Positions 35,390 to 42,359 of a stretch of 42,359 nt of DNA are shown one piece after another. Source of the DNA: Tubiluchus corallicola (lineage: Eukaryota; Animalia; Priapulida); NCBI GenBank assembly GCA_030141605.1, contig JAQGDQ010001407.1, positions 1 through 42,359 of the forward strand, given 5' to 3'. The notes below the pieces were generated by a model. The model did no database searches. It was not told where the DNA came from and worked only from the letters and a program-made list of their open reading frames with translations. Every line of letters begins with the position of its first letter. Positions within the stretch are counted from its first letter, which is position 1. The translations under genes were made by a program, and so were the position numbers.

Positions 35390-36484
35390 TTAAGAAACTA
35401 TAACTGGAAGACAGTCATCAGGTTCGCTGGAAAAATCCCACTTGAATCTTTTCACCAAGTGCTTCTGGAATTTTTTACCCTTTTCCTGTAATTCGGGTGA
35501 AACACCCGCACTGTCCAGTGTCGCAAAAAATGTCTGCAGCGTTGTCGTTAGAAAGTTATTACGCGAAACGATGTCCACAAAAAAATCCTTCGGTATTTCA
35601 TGAACTTGGTGAAACAAGACAGAAATGAAATCTGTAAAGAGAACTGGGTAGGATCGAACAGCGTCTTCGCAAAAGCACAGTAGTGTTACCAGTTTTTTCC
35701 ATTGTTCAAACCCATCATAAACATTCCCCAGAAGGAAAGAAATGAATGCAAACTGTAGCTCCCCAAGAATCAACGCTGGATGTTCGTCGAGTTCGTTTGT
35801 TAATATTAAAGCAAGTTGGTAGCTTCTATCCATGTTATGTTTTGTTACTTCCGTGGGTGAAGCCCCAGCTGGATAAGAACGTTTTAAAATCTGAGTAAAA
35901 CGTATTTCAGTTCCTGCTTTTGGTACCATTTTGGGCAATTGGTGTTTGTCGAGTTCAACAATCGAACGAGAACCAGACGTTGATCCAGTGAGCGGCTCTA
36001 GCTCCGTAGCTGAAACGATTCTTCCTGATAAAGGTTGTAATCGTTCAATTACATCATTTGTGATGAAATTGCTCAAAGACACCCACTTTTTGTAAGTATC
36101 ATATGGGTATGGTCCTAAATGTTTATCTAAAACGTGAATATCCGCTTTATGTCTGCAAATTTCTTCCTCTGTTGCTTCATAAGCATCACTTATGTCTTCT
36201 TCGTACTTATCCCACTTTTTTACCAAAAACTCCTGTCGAATGAAGTTATGAAAAAATCCTCTACGTGGTGCAGTCTCCCCGTGCCGATTAGCTGCGCTAT
36301 AGTACACAAAGTGAACACCAGGTGGAATCATTTTCACACCTCGAAAGCGGTCACCCGTTGTCCAGCAACTGTAGTCTATACCAAACTCAGTGCCAGGAGG
36401 GACGTCAAGCAGTAGAAGAATAGCACCCTCTGTGAATAAAGTCTTAGCTGTTTCGTCGGTCATGTTACGAATAGATGCAGCCAT
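35390..36484 (-). CDS. AAR2: AAR2 splicing factor (U5 snRNP/PRP8 assembly chaperone), intronless, 364 aa
   Basis: Motifs GTEFGIDY, FRGVKMIPPGVHFVYYS, LGPYPY, LGELQFAFISFLLGNVYDGFEQWK, DFFVDIVSRNNFL, C-terminal FKWDF. Confidence 0.96.
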   Translation of the reverse strand: MAASIRNMTDETAKTLFTEGAILLLLDVPPGTEFGIDYSCWTTGDRFRGVKMIPPGVHFVYYSAANRHGETAPRRGFFHNFIRQEFLVKKWDKYEEDISDAYEATEEEICRHKADIHVLDKHLGPYPYDTYKKWVSLSNFITNDVIERLQPLSGRIVSATELEPLTGSTSGSRSIVELDKHQLPKMVPKAGTEIRFTQILKRSYPAGASPTEVTKHNMDRSYQLALILTNELDEHPALILGELQFAFISFLLGNVYDGFEQWKKLVTLLCFCEDAVRSYPVLFTDFISVLFHQVHEIPKDFFVDIVSRNNFLTTTLQTFFATLDSAGVSPELQEKGKKFQKHLVKRFKWDFSSEPDDCLPVIVS

Positions 36485-36569
36485 ATTGTTATGCGACTGT
36501 CTCCTAGTCTTCCAGTTTCAGTTTCCGGGAAAAATTTTATCTATCGATACATGCCAACAGTGAACGAAG

Positions 36570-36586
36570 CTGAAAAAAGAAAGCTT
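36570..36586 (-). promoter_or_regulatory. Putative 3' splice acceptor 85 nt upstream of the AAR2 ATG
   Basis: Minus strand agctttcttttttcag|cttcg. Confidence 0.55.
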
Positions 36587-36975
36587 GTGAAACATTCTAC
36601 TTAATTAAAACAATCCATACTGTCAAAAGTTCACTAAACATAGTAAGTAAAGCTACAAGTCCATGTGCGCGTAATGCGTGATCTGTGATCCATAATGTGA
36701 GATGCGCTATGCTGTGTGTATATGCTATGTCTATCAACAAAACCCATGGCGCTCTTTCTGCCATTTTTGGTCGCTATTCATTTTGGTTGCCATGCAAACA
36801 ATAATTTTTGGAAACCATGTCTCCGTCTAAATTTAAGCTTGAGAATAACAACTGCAGCATTAGCTTATTATTGTGCTATAAGAAGGAAAAATTCACAAGC
36901 ACAGGTTTTGGGTGCAGAACATTTTGCAGGGGAGAGACCAATATGGCACCTATCAATCTATTAGTGATACTGCAG

Positions 36976-37560
36976 TTAGTTTAGTTTAGTTTATTATTAT
37001 CACATTCAGTACAATATAATGACATTAAGCACACAGTGATATCAAAATTATTATACTGTCATACTGAATCAAATTGTTATATTTCATACACTATCGTTAT
37101 ATAAAAGAATAATTGTACTGCAGTGGGCTAGAGAAGCAAAGGCTTGTACAAGCCCACTGTCATGTGAACTCAATAAAAAAAGAATGGATGAGTGAACAAA
37201 AAAAAAGAACTGGGAGAAAGGTTAGATCACATAGGACGGGTAGAAGGATGTGTTAGCGAAAATGGTAGGAAGAAAGGTAATAGATTGCGTTATGTTGACA
37301 TCAGCTCTAAAGATTTATCAATGATGCCTTGTTTTGCATAATCTGTACCAGGATTGTGGTATGACAGCTGCAGTAGGTGTGGGAAATTAGGAAGTGTTGT
37401 ACTTGTTGAGAATCATTGCTCTGTATTTTCTTTTTAAATTTTTGAATTGGCTGAACAGTTTAAATTCATCATTTATGTCATTCCAAAGCCTTGGACCAAC
37501 ATTTGCAATGAATTGCCGTGTCTGTTCTGCAGACATTTACGATAAACTCATTCATTCTGG
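36976..37560 (-). mobile_element. LINE 3' fragment (CR1/L2/Crack-like ORF2 end, 3' UTR and tail)
   Basis: Minus frame QFIANVGPRLWNDINDEFKLFSQFKNLKRKYR resembles the GPxLWN terminus of CR1-group ORF2; ends in AATAAA plus (ACTAA)n; 5' boundary approximate. Confidence 0.65.
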
Positions 37561-39832
37561 TTGCGTAACGCCGATTATTTGGTTGCACTGGATTATTAAA
37601 GAACGTTGGAGATTAGATGCACAACACATACCTACATGCTTCTTCAATCTCTCAAAAATTCAAACAGAAAAAAATGATTGTTTATAGGTCCTAAAGCAAC
37701 CAAACTGAACTAGAATTTTCGGAAAACTAAACAGCAAAAACGGCTATGGGAAACTTGAAAACTCGCTATAATCACCTAGGTAACGGCAGTTTCCCATCTG
37801 CGTTTTGCTGCGCGATGCATATTAGGATGACAGCGGTCATGTTCAAATGAATATGGATCACACACCATGCATTATGGAACATGCATCAGATACACATGGA
37901 GTCGTACCTTAACCCAACATTGTTTCTGCCTTGGCTAGTGGGTTCCTGAGGTCTGAATTTAACAGATTTTTATTGAAGACCACATTGATTAATTTTGTAG
38001 AAAATAGCGTCGCATGACACAACCTATTCACAATATTAGTACTATATAGGAGAGAAGTTCAAACTATAGTATAGTCTTCTATATTATCAGTACACACAGT
38101 AGCCATTACAACGTGGAACATGGCATTTTTTAAATCAACAAAATACATTCAGCGGTAAAATACATACATACATTTTAATACATCAGTCAACCAGAAATTA
38201 ATTTCACACAGTCAGACATCATATCACATGTTACTGTGTGTGTTAAACTTAAGTTAAGTTGATGGCAAATAACGCAAAAAAAGCAGAAAAATGTACATTT
38301 GCCAGACATTTTTGCAAGCATCAAAGCACAAAGGAAAAAATTTAAGGCAGGTTGTGACGGTTTTATAATTTATTTTAAAAAATGTAGTGCATTCGTACGC
38401 CGCAAAAAATTATCTTAGACCGATGGCAATTATATTCGGTACTACCCTATTTTACATTTGTGAAATCGAACGTTACTGCCGCTGCGCTAATTCCTGAAAT
38501 CACGTTATGAAAATTATAACACTTCTTACAACGTGAAACATCAACGAATATTTCAATAAATTACCTTGTAATTGCGACAAAATTCGTTTTCTACAATTTC
38601 CATGGGCAGCAGCTGGCAATATGGGAGAGTACCTGCATAGCTTGCGCAAAGCAATGTTTGCAAATCGGTGTTTGCGCACGACACTTTTATGGGCGATCGA
38701 AGTGATTCAGTTTGTTTCTGTCAATTTTTCATAGATTTCGTAGTTTGTACTTTGTACGCGTGTATTATTTTTGACAAGATGGTGCTGACAAGCCACTAGC
38801 AGAGCAGTGCCTAGTTTTTTGCAGGTGTACTGCTGTGTTTACCTGTCTTGAAGGCAGATTTCTTAAAAGTTAGAATTCTGCCTGACCACTGTTTACAACA
38901 AAAGTAATTGGCTTAATGATGATGAGTGAGAAACTGATTTGTTGATTACAAAAAAAAAATATTAAGTAAAAGGGTGAAGAGTATTGCGTATTTTTGCATG
39001 CGGTATTGTCGCCACTTTACCTAGCTCTTTAGAATAAATAAAAATAAACAAAACGACAACAAACAACAGTCCTAATTTTAATAAATTCTTAGTATTAAAA
39101 ATGGAACAAAACAATTTGCTTTGTCATTGGACTGATGTAGTACAGTTAAAGACAAATGTGTCCCAATACAGTCCCAATCACTTTGCAAAAACTGCAAGTG
39201 GACTTTGCAAACTTCGTTAAATAAAATACGCAGAATATGATTAATTATACAATATTGCATATTGTAAGACACTACACAATTTGAACAGTAGCAGTTTATT
39301 GACGTATAGTCCAATTAAATATACGTTAACACTAAACAACACACTACAATTTGTGTATGTATTATAAACATTTCACAATTTAACACAATAATAACAGTTA
39401 TTACAATTACATTTACAATAAAGATTACAACTGGGTAAAAAAATCAAAACTTGTATTATATGCAATGTATTATTAAATAAACGATGGTTATTTATTTAAT
39501 TACTTATTTTCATCATTTTGTGGTTGATTTGAGTGTTTTTAATTTTATTTTTTAACTTCGTGACCTAGCTGTTTTTTCATAGTTTTAGCATTAATTTTAA
39601 TCACTACTTTATTGAAGCAGTGACAGGCTAAACAAGATGGCTACAGGAAACAAATAATGTTATAATTTATGTCATACAGACACCATAGTAATTACTTAAT
39701 GTGAATAACATTTGGGCTCTGGCTAACTAATCCTTTGCTGAGCACTTGTTCACACTTAGACCTGTGTACGCACTAATCTTTTGCCGCCTTAATTAATTAA
39801 GAGTTATTTTTGAAAATAGTCACGTGATCTCG

Positions 39833-40032
39833 TCACTCGACCTTCACGCCATTTTGTTCAGTCTTAGTTGCAACTAGAGGTTTGGTGATATAGGTGTTAT
39901 GGAAAAACTTGACGAAGAGAATCATGTAGCTGGCATACATAAGACAGCCGGCCATCATTGAGAGACCATCTCCGTTGCAAGGCAAGTTCAACATTACGCT
40001 GATATAGAAACTCCAGCCGCAGACCAATAAAC
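39833..40032 (-). CDS. Last exon of an ELOVL3/6-like fatty acid elongase; upstream exons not in window
   Basis: Acceptor ctttttcatgcag|GT; (G)LLVCGWSFY...GCLMYASYMILFVKFFHNTY...KVE stop matches the ELO C-terminal MYxSYxxLFxxFFxxxY pattern. Confidence 0.8.
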
Positions 40033-40224
40033 CTGCATGAAAAAGACAGTCGAAGTGATGTCAACAATATGATATTCGCACGTAGCGGGTATAGAAGAAA
40101 TACCAATATACATATTTTTGTTATAACAGTCAATAAATAATTGAGGAAAGAAAAGAAAATGTGAAAGCATGTGAGAAAGAGTGAGGGGTAGAAGAAAGGA
40201 AGGAAGACAGAGAGAGAGAGAGAG

Positions 40225-40711
40225 AGACATCGGCTTGCTCACATACTTAGGTCAAAGTCAGTTAGAACCAACCACCAGCAAGCCGTGGTGGAGCAAAGCT
40301 CCCGGAAAACGAACTTCTGTTGAAGCGTCTACAGACGACACAAAAGATTTGAAAAAGAAAGCGTCGATGGACCCACTAAGACAGATGGAAAAGTACTTGG
40401 ACAAAAAGCATGATGTGAAAAAACATAAAACAAAGCGCGAACATAAACACAAGCATGAGGACAGAGATCGTAAAACTGAAAAGAGGAGAAAACTGTCATC
40501 TGAGGAAAGCATAGAACAGCTTCGAGCCGAACGACTGGCGAGAGAGAAAGCAGAACGAGCAAAAGCTGAAACGCTTTTAGCAAAGCACAGAGGTGAAAAG
40601 TTGCCCGAAGAAAAGGAGGCGGAAAGAATGGAGAAAGAAACGTGGCGATACAATTCACAATTTAACCCTGATCTCGTTAGACGTCCCAATCAAAAAAAGA
40701 GCTATTACTAG
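40225..40711 (+). pseudogene. LENG1: 5'-truncated LENG1 copy (C-terminal ~161 codons, frame open, no native start)
   Basis: Reverse-complement match to 34446-34932 with 7 substitutions by my count; begins abruptly at a (GA)n tract. Confidence 0.8.
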
Positions 40712-42359
40712 TATCTCTGACATGTTATTGACCAGCTGCTAGCTTTACCTTTATGAAGTTTTTGGTTTAATTTAATGTGAAACAAAGTGAAACAGAGTGA
40801 GTGCCAACAGTCGTTCGGTTTTGTAAATTTCGTTTTATTAAATGTTTTGACATTTTATAAATTACCATTAAAAACTGTAGCATCGATGAATGCCAGTACA
40901 TGAAATCTTGTTTTCCTATGTTGACTTAAATGTGACTATTATGTCATGATAAGACTTACATGTAGTACCATTTTTATGCAGTGCATACTCACTCATGTAA
41001 CATGTAATAAATGTGCATGTTGAATTATCCATAGATGTAACTACACCAAAATTGAATTTATTGCAGACTGCTTTCGAACAAACTGTTCATTGTCAAGGCA
41101 TCTAAAACAAAGAAAATTACCAAAATTTCTTTTGTTTGTTTGTAGAGTGTAGCATAGTTTCAGTCAAATCTAGATGTGTAATCTGTAAGGTAAATTGCTA
41201 AATCTTTTGGCTATCTAACTACTGAATTGCATTTTGGTGTTGTTTCTAAATTTTGAAAAGTTTCTGTGTTTTAGATGCCTTGACAATGAACAGTTTGTTC
41301 GAAACCGGTCGGCAATGAATTCCATTTTAATGGGCGTGTTCTTTACTATTTTGTCTTATACTATCATCACATTACTATTAACCATGTTTAATTCAGTTTT
41401 CCTTCAGCAAATATTAAAGGAAAGCATGCTGTGTACTATAAATCTGCTTTTTACATGACAAATACTTGTACTGAAATGTCATTGACGGTTAATGGAATAA
41501 ATTTGCTGTGCACTATGTGTAGACAATCATTGCAAACGTCATTATCAGTGCTAGAAATTAAGTAAGTAAGTAATTTTTTATTTTTCTCCATAAGTTTACA
41601 ATAATTTAACAATGGGAGAAAGGGTGGCGAAAAAACAAAGGTTACCGAGTCAACCACCCTTCTCAGAAAGACAGTAAACAAAAAGACGCTAATGACAGCA
41701 GAACACAACTATTAAAAAATAAATAAACGTCCATAAATACAAAAAACAAAAATACAACAACAGCAAAAAAACAAAAACCAAAAACCAGTCGTTCCTAAAT
41801 ATAGTCAAACATTAAACATAATTATATATGGTTCAAAACACCAAAGAGAAAAGACAATATTCTAATGTTCAGAAAAACAACATTTGCAAGATAAAATTTC
41901 AAATAGCAAAAAGAAAGAAAAAAGGTAAAAAAGCAAGATAAATTGCCCTGACAATTGCAATACATTAATCAAAAAAAAAATTTGTATTTGAAAAATAACA
42001 AATTTATGATCCAGATTTAATTATCATAACAGCAGAAAACAAATAATTGTTTGATTTAACAAATAAGCATATTTTAAGTTTTTAATTAAGCTGAAAGAAG
42101 TACATTTATGACACTGCAATTATGAAGACACAAAAAAGAAAGAGTAAAAAAATTTGTACTTTATACATTAGATTCCAGAAAAAATGAAGTACATAATATG
42201 TATGATCTTTGTCTGAATCCTATGTATAAGATACAAATTTCTTACGTTTTCTTTACAGAATCTTTTTCTAAGGTATCTCAACTTCTATTCTGGTAACTTA
42301 AATTTCACTCATTTAAATTTGTAATGATTTTTTGTGCTTTGGTAATTGCAGTATCAAAC
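40225..42359 (+). repeat. Inverted segmental duplicate of 32800-34932, continuing off the right edge
   Basis: Colinear reverse-complement similarity throughout, with scattered substitutions and small indels; the window end gcagtatcaaac matches gtttgatactgc at 32800. Confidence 0.95.

Noticed and set aside
34499-36415. Plus-strand ORFs overlapping LENG1 and AAR2 (and minus-strand ORFs at 40258-40689)
   Set aside because: Antisense shadow frames of real coding sequence with no recognisable motifs.

Overview
AT-rich, intron-containing eukaryotic (invertebrate animal-like) DNA; not prokaryotic, and no CRISPR array. Five host genes lie on the minus strand: the 5' four coding exons of FBXO4 (runs off the left edge), a complete 7-exon SLC25A45-like mitochondrial carrier (299 aa when spliced by hand), intronless LENG1 and AAR2 separated by only 122 bp, and the last exon of an ELOVL fatty-acid elongase whose upstream exons are not in the window. 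A 2.1-kb-plus inverted copy of the LENG1 3' half and downstream DNA fills 40225-42359. Introns and intergenic DNA hold many non-autonomous TIR elements with visible TSDs, several minisatellites (two expanded inside TIR elements), tRNA-derived SINE heads, LINE 3' ends and a TSD-flanked 5S rRNA-headed SINE. The most interesting items are the AAR2-LENG1 pair, where each ORF has its own 3' splice acceptor upstream (candidate dicistron or shared-leader unit), the inverted LENG1 copy, the 5S/RTE SINE, and two different MITEs inserted at the same point in two tandem copies of one short unit. Gene names rest on recalled protein similarity, not on database searches.
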